From an uncultured Thermoplasmata archaeon (lineage in GTDB: Archaea > Thermoplasmatota > Thermoplasmata > RBG-16-68-12), in contig CAVYJM010000003.1 in the NCBI GenBank assembly GCA_963768855.1, forward strand, positions 1 through 26,786: a DNA stretch of 26,786 nucleotides. The letters run 5' to 3'. Shown piece by piece: positions 1-7,823 of the stretch. The notes below the pieces were generated by a model. It saw nothing but the letters and a program-made list of their open reading frames with translations, did no database searches and was not told the DNA's origin. Position numbers and translations under genes: made by a program. The first letter of the stretch is position 1, and every line of letters starts with the position of its first letter.

Positions 1-42
1 CCGCGAGCTTTATGGCGGGACCCCCCGTTGGAGGCCGCGCCC

Positions 43-981
43 ATGATCGAGGTCCGAGGACTCACGAAGGTCTACACCCGCGCGCGCGGGCAGGGCGCCA
101 AGGCCCTGGACGGCGCGACCTTCACGGTCCCGGACAGGAGCATCTTCGGATTCCTCGGGCCGAACGGCGCGGGGAAGACGACGACGATCCGGATTCTGGC
201 GACGATCCTCGAGCCGACGGAGGGCACCGCGATCGTCGAGGGCCACGACGTGCGCACAGATCCGCTCGCGGTCAAGGGCGCGATCGGCTACATGCCCGAA
301 TACCCCGGCTACTATCCCACGATGACCGCGGAGGAGCACCTCGACTACTGGGGCCGTTTCTACCACATGCCGAAGGCGGAACGGGCCAAGCGGGGCAAGG
401 AGCTCCTCGACCTCGTGGGCCTGGGCCAGGAGCGCGCGAAGAAGGTGAAGGCCTACAGCCATGGGATGCTCAAACGCCTCGGCCTGGCGCAGGCGCTCCT
501 CCATGACCCGCGCGTCTTGATCCTGGACGAACCCGCGGGCGGGCTCGACCCGTACGGGATCATCTTCTTCCGCAAGCTGATGAAGGACCTGAACCGCGAG
601 GGGAAGACGATCCTCCTCGCCTCCCACATCCTCTCCGAGGTCGCCCAGACCTGCACCCACGTCGGCGTGATCGACAAGGGGAAGATCGTCGCGGTCGACA
701 CGACCGAGGCGCTCCTGTCCCGCATCGGCGGCGCAGGGGTGCGCTGCCTCATCGAGGCGCCGAGCGTCCCGGACGCGGCCCTGCGCGGCCTCCTCGACAT
801 CAGCCACGTGAAGGATGTGGTTCGCACGGACTGGGGCCTCATCGTCACGATGGACAAGGACGCCCGGGCCGCGGTCAACGCGTTCCTCGTCGGCCTCGGC
901 GTGCCCGTGGTAGGCGTGAAGCTCGCGGAGGTCACGCTCGAGGACGCCTTCCTCTCGCTCACGGGAGGCGGGCCGACGTGA
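43..981 (+). CDS. ABC-2 type exporter ATP-binding protein (312 aa; alternative TTG start at 28)
   Basis: Walker A GPNGAGKT, Q-loop GYMPE, signature YSHGM, Walker B ILDEP, H-loop LASH. Stop overlaps the next start (GTGA, 978-981). Confidence 0.95.
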   Translation: MIEVRGLTKVYTRARGQGAKALDGATFTVPDRSIFGFLGPNGAGKTTTIRILATILEPTEGTAIVEGHDVRTDPLAVKGAIGYMPEYPGYYPTMTAEEHLDYWGRFYHMPKAERAKRGKELLDLVGLGQERAKKVKAYSHGMLKRLGLAQALLHDPRVLILDEPAGGLDPYGIIFFRKLMKDLNREGKTILLASHILSEVAQTCTHVGVIDKGKIVAVDTTEALLSRIGGAGVRCLIEAPSVPDAALRGLLDISHVKDVVRTDWGLIVTMDKDARAAVNAFLVGLGVPVVGVKLAEVTLEDAFLSLTGGGPT

Positions 982-2408
982 GCTTCGACCCGCGGGATGT
1001 GTTCCGCGGATCGCTCATCGTCGCGGGGCGCGACCTTCGCTCGAACGCGCGCGGCCTCAAGGTATGGATCATCTCAGGGCTCACCCTCCTGGCGATCCTC
1101 GGAGCGGCGTTCGGGATCGGTGGGCTCACGTCAGGGGGTCCGTCCGTCACCTCGCAGTACGTCCTCTGGGCATCTGCCTACTGGCCGGCGAACAACTCGA
1201 CGGGAGGCGTCGTCGTGTGGGTGAGCGACTATCTCGGCGCCCCGCGCGCGGGACAGGTCGTCCTCCTGGGAGAGCCGTACTCGCCCGCTGCTCAGAACAC
1301 GAGCTTCGTGGAACGCGCGCGACTCACGACGAACGCGACGGGATGGGGCACGTTCGCCAACCTGACTGCGGGTACCTGGCCCCTCCGGATCACCGTGGGC
1401 GTGCTGAACATCCCCGGAGCTGTCGGCATCCCGCCTCAACGGCCCGCCGAGAACCTGACCGTGACGGTCCAGCAGTTCGACCTCATCGGCGACGGTGCGG
1501 GGCGGGATGTGAGCCTCCACGCGATGTGGGCGGACGGGACGCCCGCCCGGGATGCCCAGGTCGCGGCGAACGGGACTGGCGTGGGCGTCACGGATCGCAA
1601 CGGCTTCCTGTACAAACGATTCGGCGACGGCAACTGGGGGTTGACGGTTACCGCCCGTGGCGAGAGCTGGGGACAGTCGGTAGCGGTCCACCCGTCCCCT
1701 CTCGCGATCCTTCCGTTCCTCCAGGGACCCGACGCGCTCCTCCTCTTTCTCGGGGTCGCGCTGATGGGTCTGTTCGCGCCGATCATCGCGATCGCCATGT
1801 CCTACGACGCGGTCGCAAAGGAGCGGATGCAGGGCAGCCTTGAGCTCCTCCTCGCGCGCCCCGCCTCCCGAGCGGGAATCGCGATCGGGAAGTTCATCGG
1901 GTCGTTCCTCTCCGTCGGACTGCCGATGCTCGGCGTCCTGCTCGGAGCCGTGGTCGGCGTCGCAGGGGTTTCGGGGAAGTGGCCCGACGTGGTCTTCGTC
2001 GCCGCCTTCGTCGTCGGGACCCTGGGCCTGATCGCGGTCTACGTGCTGATCATGCAGATCTTCTCGACCCTCGCGAAGTCCGCGGGCACGGCGATCCTCT
2101 CGGCCCTCGTCGTCTGGATCGTGTTCAACATCGTGTGGAACCTCGTGTTCCTGGCGGTGGAGTCGGCCTTCCGGATCGAGGGCGGGACGCCGGCCGCCTT
2201 TACGCTCAGCACGATCACGACCCTGTTCAACCCGAACGGGGTGTACCAGCTCCTGGTCACCACGTTCGTGCCCGCGTCCGCGCTGGGCCTCTTCGGCACG
2301 ACGGGAGGCGGGAGCCTGCCGGACTGGGTCGGGCCGGTCGCCATGGTCGTCTGGATTGCCGTCCTGCTCGTCCTCGCCGTCCTCGTGTTCCGCAAGCGGA
2401 TCGTCTGA
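978..2408 (+). CDS. ABC-2 type permease (ABC2_membrane_2/NosY-like) with a large extracellular insertion
   Basis: GGAGG at 964-968 and GTGA coupling to the ATPase. One N-terminal TM, a ~200-aa soluble loop, then the motif YDAVAKERMQGSLELLLARP...GKF and about 5 TMs. Confidence 0.9.
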   Translation: MSFDPRDVFRGSLIVAGRDLRSNARGLKVWIISGLTLLAILGAAFGIGGLTSGGPSVTSQYVLWASAYWPANNSTGGVVVWVSDYLGAPRAGQVVLLGEPYSPAAQNTSFVERARLTTNATGWGTFANLTAGTWPLRITVGVLNIPGAVGIPPQRPAENLTVTVQQFDLIGDGAGRDVSLHAMWADGTPARDAQVAANGTGVGVTDRNGFLYKRFGDGNWGLTVTARGESWGQSVAVHPSPLAILPFLQGPDALLLFLGVALMGLFAPIIAIAMSYDAVAKERMQGSLELLLARPASRAGIAIGKFIGSFLSVGLPMLGVLLGAVVGVAGVSGKWPDVVFVAAFVVGTLGLIAVYVLIMQIFSTLAKSAGTAILSALVVWIVFNIVWNLVFLAVESAFRIEGGTPAAFTLSTITTLFNPNGVYQLLVTTFVPASALGLFGTTGGGSLPDWVGPVAMVVWIAVLLVLAVLVFRKRIV

Positions 2409-2412
2409 GCGA

Positions 2413-2438
2413 CCGCCCGGGCGGATGTGGGCCATCCG
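2413..2438. repeat. Palindrome CCGCCCGGGCGG (2413-2424) and overlapping hairpin CGGATG/CATCCG (2422-2438); possible terminator
   Basis: Read directly; begins 4 nt after the permease stop. Confidence 0.5.
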
Positions 2439-2464
2439 ACCTCGAGATTCGGGCGTGAATTGGG

Positions 2465-2533
2465 ATTACTATCTTAATAGTATTCCGCCGATTGTGTGAC
2501 TATCACTTCGCGAAGTGTACAATGACCCTTAAG
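2465..2533 (+). promoter_or_regulatory. AT-rich promoter region of the GT2 gene with two dyads and TATA-like boxes
   Basis: TACTAT-ctta-ATAGTA (2467-2482), perfect 14-bp palindrome CACTTCGCGAAGTG (2504-2517), CTTAAG (2528-2533). Confidence 0.55.
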
Positions 2534-2553
2534 AAGCACGGAGGTGCAAGTCG

Positions 2554-4194
2554 GTGTACAAGGAGACCCCGCGGTTGACGATGGAAGGCCGTTCTGTCGC
2601 GCAGCGCCGCTTTGCCAACCGCTTCTTCGTCCTGGTCTTCGCCATCTGGATCGGCGCCGTTGCCATCTTCGCCGGCACGACGGTGAACTTCCGCTCCTGG
2701 ATCAGCGTCCTCCAGTTCGGGCTGATGGTGTTCTTCCTGTTCAGCTTCGCAATCGTGTTCTCGAAGCGCGTCGTCTCCCTCTTCGTGAAGCCGTACCCGC
2801 TCCCCAAGCTCGACTCCCTCGCGAGGCAGCCGCGCGTCGCCCTCCTCTACACGACCATGAACGACGTTGTCCCGGACTGCGTGGAGGCGATCCGCCAGAC
2901 GTACCCGGTGGACGTCTACATGCTGGACGACTCCTCGGACCCGTACAGGCGAGCCACCGTCGACGACCTGGCGCGCAAGCATGGGTTCCGGATCCTCCGC
3001 CGCCCCGAGCGCAAGGGGTTCAAGGCGGGCGCAATCAACGGCTGGCTCCGGCAGTTCGGCGCGCAGTACGACTACTTCGTCCTCTTGGACGCGGACTCGA
3101 TCCTCCCGCCCGACTGGGTCGCGGAGGCCCTGAAGTACGCGGAGCATCCGGAGAACCGGGACCTCGCGATCTTCCAGGGTCTCATCAACATCTGGAACAC
3201 GGACCGCCCGTTCCCCCGCGCGCTCGCTGCGACGACCCTCCTCGGCCAGGACGAGTGGGAGCGTCGGGTCAGCGGCTACGTGGGCGCGGTGTTCTGCTAC
3301 GGGCACAACGTCATGCTGCGGACGAAGCCGGTCCTGGAGATCGGCGGGTTCGTCGAGGACTATGTGTCCGAGGACTTCGCGACGGCCGTGAAGCTCGCGT
3401 CGGCGGGCCACGGCTCCGTGTTCGTGCCCCTCCACACCTGGGAGGCCATGCCCGAGAACGTCCGCGGGTTCGTGAAGCGGCAGACCAAGTGGACGCGCGG
3501 GTCGATGGAGTTCTGGTCGTTCGTGCCCCCGGCCCGGCTGCCGTGGTGGAAGAAGGTCTTCCTCTACACGACCCCGATGAATCACGTGGCCTATATCACG
3601 ATCATGTTCGCGATGGTCGCGGCCGTATTCGGCCGCGTCTCGACGCCCGGGGCGTTCTTCGCGTTCGGCCAGAACCTCCTCGTCGAGCCGATCGCGTACA
3701 TCTGGTCGATCAACCTCTTCCGTTTCATCATCGTCATGTCCCTCATCACGTCCGTCTTCACGGTCGCGAAGCTCGTCCAGGTGCGGCTGGGCTTCTGGCG
3801 GTACTACCGGGCCCGGACCCTGAGCAAGGCGATCGGGGCGATCATGCTGCCCCACGAGATCCGGGCGATGCTCATGTACCTCGTCGACCCGCGGAGGAAG
3901 TTCCCCGTGACGCCCAAGGACGAGCCGCCGATGACGATGCGGGAGATCCTCCACGTCGGCCGCGGGACCGTCGCGCTCGTCGCCGTCATGGCCCTCGGCC
4001 TCACGATGTGGAACCCCGTCGGGCTGTGGTACAACGCCCTCTGGTTCCTGTCGTTCATCACCGCCCCCTTCGTCCTCTACTACTACTGCGGCCCGCTGAC
4101 CCGGCCCGCGGACCCGACGGGACAGGGACCGCGGGACCTGCTTGCCGACCCGAGGATCCGGACGAGCGTGGACGGCGCCGTTTCAAGGATTTGA
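2554..4194 (+). CDS. Membrane-bound processive family 2 glycosyltransferase (OpgH/MdoH- or BcsA-like glycan synthase), 546 aa
   Basis: GGAGGTG 7 nt before the GTG (alternative ATG at 2581). 2 N-terminal TMs; motifs LDDS, FKAG, LDADS (DxD), GHN, SED and QTKW (QxxRW-like); several C-terminal TMs. Confidence 0.88.
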   Translation: MYKETPRLTMEGRSVAQRRFANRFFVLVFAIWIGAVAIFAGTTVNFRSWISVLQFGLMVFFLFSFAIVFSKRVVSLFVKPYPLPKLDSLARQPRVALLYTTMNDVVPDCVEAIRQTYPVDVYMLDDSSDPYRRATVDDLARKHGFRILRRPERKGFKAGAINGWLRQFGAQYDYFVLLDADSILPPDWVAEALKYAEHPENRDLAIFQGLINIWNTDRPFPRALAATTLLGQDEWERRVSGYVGAVFCYGHNVMLRTKPVLEIGGFVEDYVSEDFATAVKLASAGHGSVFVPLHTWEAMPENVRGFVKRQTKWTRGSMEFWSFVPPARLPWWKKVFLYTTPMNHVAYITIMFAMVAAVFGRVSTPGAFFAFGQNLLVEPIAYIWSINLFRFIIVMSLITSVFTVAKLVQVRLGFWRYYRARTLSKAIGAIMLPHEIRAMLMYLVDPRRKFPVTPKDEPPMTMREILHVGRGTVALVAVMALGLTMWNPVGLWYNALWFLSFITAPFVLYYYCGPLTRPADPTGQGPRDLLADPRIRTSVDGAVSRI

Positions 4195-4269
4195 GGTTCG
4201 GTCGGCCTCAAATCGTCCGGTTCGGGAAGGCCGTGCTCCCATCCGTCTCGATGGGAGCCATTTGCAAAT
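4188..4269. other. Structured intergenic element: two 9-bp-stem hairpins and a 10-bp palindrome
   Basis: GATTTGAGG/CCTCAAATC (4188-4214, spans the GT2 stop), GCTCCCATC/GATGGGAGC (4235-4258), ATTTGCAAAT (4260-4269). Confidence 0.55.
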
Positions 4270-4336
4270 CCGGCAATCACCTTTGACATTCGAAGCGCCA
4301 GTCGTATCTCCCTGGAGCCCCCGTGGCCCCTGCCGA

Positions 4337-6136
4337 ATGCGACCCATCCTCCGGAGCGATGACAGCGCGGTGGCCTCGGCGGTCGCCACGATGCTCGTGT
4401 TTCTCGTAGTCGTGGTAATCCTCCAAACCGTCGTGATTGGGGCGGTCCCCGCCCAGCAGTACTCGGCCGAGTGGGTCACGTCCAAGCACGATCTCCAGCA
4501 GTTCGATCGGATGCGAGCCATGGCAGCTGGACCCGCGGTCGCCGGCACGATGTTCACGATTCCGTTCAACCTGGGAACGCCAGCCGTCTCCCCGTTCGCA
4601 ACGACGAGCACCGGGACGCTCTCGTACTCCGCGAACGACTCGTACGCCCTGTCGATCTCGTACACGTTCGTTCCACACTTCCGCCAGGCGAGCGTGACGA
4701 AGGTCAACCAGGACGTCATCCTGCTCATGGACAACTCCGGGTCGATGGCGTGGAATGACCCGCAGAACCTCCGGATCACCGGCGCCCAGGAGTACGTTGG
4801 CCGCCTGGCAACGCCTGACTGTGTGGCAATCGTGGCCTTCAACGGTCGTTCGTATCTGACGCAGGCGAACATCGGCGGAACGCCCCACCACCTCTATTAT
4901 CCGGGGATGTGCGGCGTCCCGGACTACACCCAGCCGCAAGCCGACTTGGGGACGATCAGCGACATCGACAGCACGAACATCGGTCTTGCGATTCAGACGG
5001 GGAACAACGAGCTCATCGCGAACGGCCACAAGGGCAAGGCCTGGATCGAGATCCTCCTGACGGACGGCCAGAATGAGTGCAGCGGGAGCCAGCCTCCCTG
5101 CGGGAACACGTTCACGATCCAGCAGGCTCAGATCGCGAAGGCGAACAACATCACGATTTTCACGATCGGCCTGAGCAGCGCAGCCGATGCGAACCTGCTC
5201 GGGCAGATTGCGTCGATTACGGGGGGCACGTACTATCCCGCGCCAACCGCTTCCTCGATCCGATGGATCTACTATGAGATCAGCATGCGCTACCAGAGCT
5301 CGGTGCAGTGTGGCAGCCTCGTCACGTCCGAGGTCTACGGTGGCGCGCTGTCCCTCGAACTCCAGACGAGTCAGTACCCGTCTCAAACCATCCGGTTCGA
5401 GTCCGGCGGGATCTCCCTCATCCAGACCGCGGGCTCGACCATGTACGAGGGCCTGCCCTTCACATACTCGAGGACCGGTGGCGGTGGGGGAGACCTGTCC
5501 GTGGCGCTCGTCCTCATCACGGGCACGCCGTTCGGGTTCTCGGGGAGCGACACCCGGGTGGTCCAAGCGAACGTCCTGGGCCGTCAAGTCGTGGACCAGT
5601 CCAGCATCCGGATCGACCTCGGGACGGAGACCTCGGCGGTGGGGAACCTTTCCGCGAGCATGACATACTGGGCCAATCAGGGAGCCCTCACGCCTGCGGC
5701 GGCGGCGGCCGTGAACGCCCCGCTCGACGCGGCTCAGTCCGAGCTCAGCTTCGCCGCATGGAACGCGACCTCGGGCGATATCAGCGGCGCGAGGTTCGGC
5801 GTGGATCGGGCCCAGACGGACCTCTCCATCGCGATCAATGTGACCGAGGCCCAGCGAAAGGCGAATGCGATGCAGGCATGGCTCGCCCAGCAGACCCGGG
5901 ACTCGATCCGCCTCGAGCAGTGTCGCGTCGCCCAGTGGGGGAACTGGTACGACGGTCTCACAGTCACGGTGACCTCCCCAGCGGCCGCCGCCTGGGCCTC
6001 CTGGTTCAACGCGACTTTCCTCGCCCTGAATGTGCCGTTCTCGCTAGGCCTCTCGGGTAACGTGGCTGTCGTCACCATTCATGCGCTGGACCAGATCACG
6101 ACCGACCGTCGAGTCCTATCCCTGACGGGCACGTGA
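4337..6136 (+). CDS. Archaeal type IV pilin-like secreted protein with an inserted von Willebrand A domain (599 aa)
   Basis: N-terminus MRPILRSDDSA/VASAVATMLVFLVVVVIL resembles a class III signal peptide. The vWA domain (~4710-5290) has an intact MIDAS: DNSGS, STN, LTDG, plus IFTIG. Several Cys and N-x-S/T sequons. Confidence 0.8.
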   Translation: MRPILRSDDSAVASAVATMLVFLVVVVILQTVVIGAVPAQQYSAEWVTSKHDLQQFDRMRAMAAGPAVAGTMFTIPFNLGTPAVSPFATTSTGTLSYSANDSYALSISYTFVPHFRQASVTKVNQDVILLMDNSGSMAWNDPQNLRITGAQEYVGRLATPDCVAIVAFNGRSYLTQANIGGTPHHLYYPGMCGVPDYTQPQADLGTISDIDSTNIGLAIQTGNNELIANGHKGKAWIEILLTDGQNECSGSQPPCGNTFTIQQAQIAKANNITIFTIGLSSAADANLLGQIASITGGTYYPAPTASSIRWIYYEISMRYQSSVQCGSLVTSEVYGGALSLELQTSQYPSQTIRFESGGISLIQTAGSTMYEGLPFTYSRTGGGGGDLSVALVLITGTPFGFSGSDTRVVQANVLGRQVVDQSSIRIDLGTETSAVGNLSASMTYWANQGALTPAAAAAVNAPLDAAQSELSFAAWNATSGDISGARFGVDRAQTDLSIAINVTEAQRKANAMQAWLAQQTRDSIRLEQCRVAQWGNWYDGLTVTVTSPAAAAWASWFNATFLALNVPFSLGLSGNVAVVTIHALDQITTDRRVLSLTGT

Positions 6137-6171
6137 GCAGCTAGAACCTCACACTCATCCGGCGCAAACCG

Positions 6172-6194
6172 TTCCCCGACGTACCGTTGGGGGG
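6172..6194. terminator. Hairpin between convergent genes
   Basis: TTCCCCGAC-gtacc-GTTGGGGGG, a 9-bp stem with G.U pairs, between the stops at 6136 (+) and 6210 (-). Confidence 0.35.
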
Positions 6195-6209
6195 AATGGC
6201 CGACGCGGC

Positions 6210-6491
6210 TCACTCCGCTTCTATAGCGTGGACGGAACTCATCTGGAGAAGGAGGTACGCGCGCGCGAGCTCGTCCTTGTCTTCGTCCGAGAGGCGAGGG
6301 TCTTCCATGTACTGCTCGTACAGGGGCTCGACGTCCCCGTGGGCGAGGCAGGTCACGGCCATGTTGAGAACATACTCCGTGAGGACCCGCTGGACGGCCT
6401 GTCGCACATCGACGACCGCCCCTGCCGGCGTGGTTGTGGAGCCGAGGAGCGACTTGATCGATTTCATCGGGGTCACGGCGTGGACATACAT
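6210..6491 (-). CDS. Small hypothetical protein with an acidic, probably helical C-terminal half (93 aa; alternative start at 6467)
   Basis: Fills the gap between the vWA and roadblock genes; composition is unlike the Arg/Pro-rich shadow ORFs. No family recognised. Confidence 0.55.
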   Translation of the reverse strand: MYVHAVTPMKSIKSLLGSTTTPAGAVVDVRQAVQRVLTEYVLNMAVTCLAHGDVEPLYEQYMEDPRLSDEDKDELARAYLLLQMSSVHAIEAE

Positions 6492-6607
6492 GGGAGTCCC
6501 TCGTACCTAACGGCTTGCGCCTGGTTATCATGCATGGTCATTCTGGCGCCCGGGTCGCCGACTCAGGGTCCCTTCCCCGGATAATTGCCGTCTGTGATAG
6601 TGAGGTC

Positions 6608-6630
6608 CATTCCCTTTTGAAGCGGGAATG
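6608..6630 (+). promoter_or_regulatory. TATA-like TTTTGAAG enclosed by inverted repeat CATTCCC/GGGAATG
   Basis: Arms at 6608-6614 and 6624-6630; about 30 nt upstream of the ATG at 6652. Confidence 0.5.
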
Positions 6631-6651
6631 CACCATCCTATCCGGAGTGCG

Positions 6652-7062
6652 ATGGATTCCCTCCGGATGGTCCCCGCCGACTTCTTCGCTGAGCTCGTGC
6701 CGAACGGCCGGATCGAGATGGCGATGCTCCTGAAGCGGAACGGCCGCATGCTCGCCGCGTGGGCGCGCTCGCCGGTGGCGTGGGAGGTCGTGTCCATCAT
6801 GGCGGCGACCACGCTCGGGTCCCTCGAGACGATGCTCGAGACGATCCACGCCCCCTCGCCGGAGGTGGTGGGGATCGTCGCGTGCGGCAACCGGATCCAC
6901 GTCCAGAAGGTCGACCCGCAGGGGATGCTCGTCCTCGTGGCGAAGGACGTCGTGACGGAGGCCTACCTCCGGGACACGGCGCGTCGAATCCTCGCGAAGC
7001 TCCCGCTGGCCACGAAGGACGACCCCCCGCGGCGGGTGACGTTGGGCCCGAATTTCCGCTGA
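6652..7062 (+). CDS. Roadblock/LC7 (MglB-like) domain protein (136 aa; alternative starts at 6628, 6667)
   Basis: Pattern MAMLLKRNGRMLAA, helix SIMAATTLGSLETML, three strands (VGIVACG, RIHVQKV, MLVLVA), then C-terminal helix EAYLRDTARRILAKL. This matches the roadblock fold layout. Confidence 0.8.
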   Translation: MDSLRMVPADFFAELVPNGRIEMAMLLKRNGRMLAAWARSPVAWEVVSIMAATTLGSLETMLETIHAPSPEVVGIVACGNRIHVQKVDPQGMLVLVAKDVVTEAYLRDTARRILAKLPLATKDDPPRRVTLGPNFR

Positions 7063-7157
7063 ATGCTGTGCTGAGTTGTCCTCCCGCTATACGGGCCGAC
7101 TACTTCTCGGCAATCCCATGACGATTTCCCTCATTCTAGCGCCCGATACCGAGGGAA

Positions 7158-7169
7158 GAACGCTTAAGC
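7158..7169 (+). promoter_or_regulatory. BRE-TATA element GAACGCTTAAGC
   Basis: Identical 12-mer lies upstream of the epimerase (16409-16420, minus strand). Confidence 0.6.
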
Positions 7170-7225
7170 CGGGCGCGATTTCATTAGTGGCTCCCCTCTT
7201 CAGTCCTGGGCGAGGGACGCGGGCG

Positions 7226-7780
7226 ATGGAGCACGAGAACCTCAAGACCAAGATCTGCCTCGTCGGCGACAACGGCGTCGGCAAGACGTCGCTGATCCGG
7301 CGATACGTCCTCGACATGTTCGAGGACAAGTACCTGACCACCCTGGGCACGAAGGTCTCCAAGAGAGAGATCGAGGTCTCGTTCCCCAAGGAGAACCTGG
7401 TCGCCAAGGTCGACATGCTCATCTGGGACATCATGGGCCAGCACGGGTTCCAGGAGCTGCTCAAGGAGGCGTACTTCTACGGCGCGCGCGGCATCCTCGC
7501 CGTGGTCGACGTCACGCGCCGATCGACGCTCGCAGGGCTCGACGACTGGATCGCGTGCGTCGAGGAGGTCGCGGGGCACCTGCCCACCCTCATCGCGGTG
7601 AACAAGACGGACCTCGCGGACAAGGCCGAGTTCGGCCTCCCGGAGATCACGGAGCGCTGCGACGCGCTCGGTTGCGGCTACTTCTGGACGAGCGCCAAGA
7701 CGGGCGAGAACGTGGAGCCGTCGTTCCAGCGCCTCGCCGCGATCGTCGCGGAGCAGCAGATCTGGGGCACCCAGTTCTGA
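7226..7780 (+). CDS. Rab/Ras-like small GTPase (184 aa)
   Basis: G1 GDNGVGKT, G2 TTLGT, G3 WDIMGQ, G4 NKTD, G5 SAK. RabF-like segments MLIWD, YFYGA, VVDVT. No C-terminal prenylation Cys. Confidence 0.93.
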   Translation: MEHENLKTKICLVGDNGVGKTSLIRRYVLDMFEDKYLTTLGTKVSKREIEVSFPKENLVAKVDMLIWDIMGQHGFQELLKEAYFYGARGILAVVDVTRRSTLAGLDDWIACVEEVAGHLPTLIAVNKTDLADKAEFGLPEITERCDALGCGYFWTSAKTGENVEPSFQRLAAIVAEQQIWGTQF

Positions 7781-7823
7781 CGCGCCGTCAATCCTAAGTG
7801 CGCGGACGCCCTCGCCGGATGCG

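Noticed and set aside
7226-7780. Calling the GTPase MglA because it is next to a roadblock gene
   Set aside because: G3 is DIMGQ and G5 is SAK (Ras/Rab type); MglA has TxPGQ.
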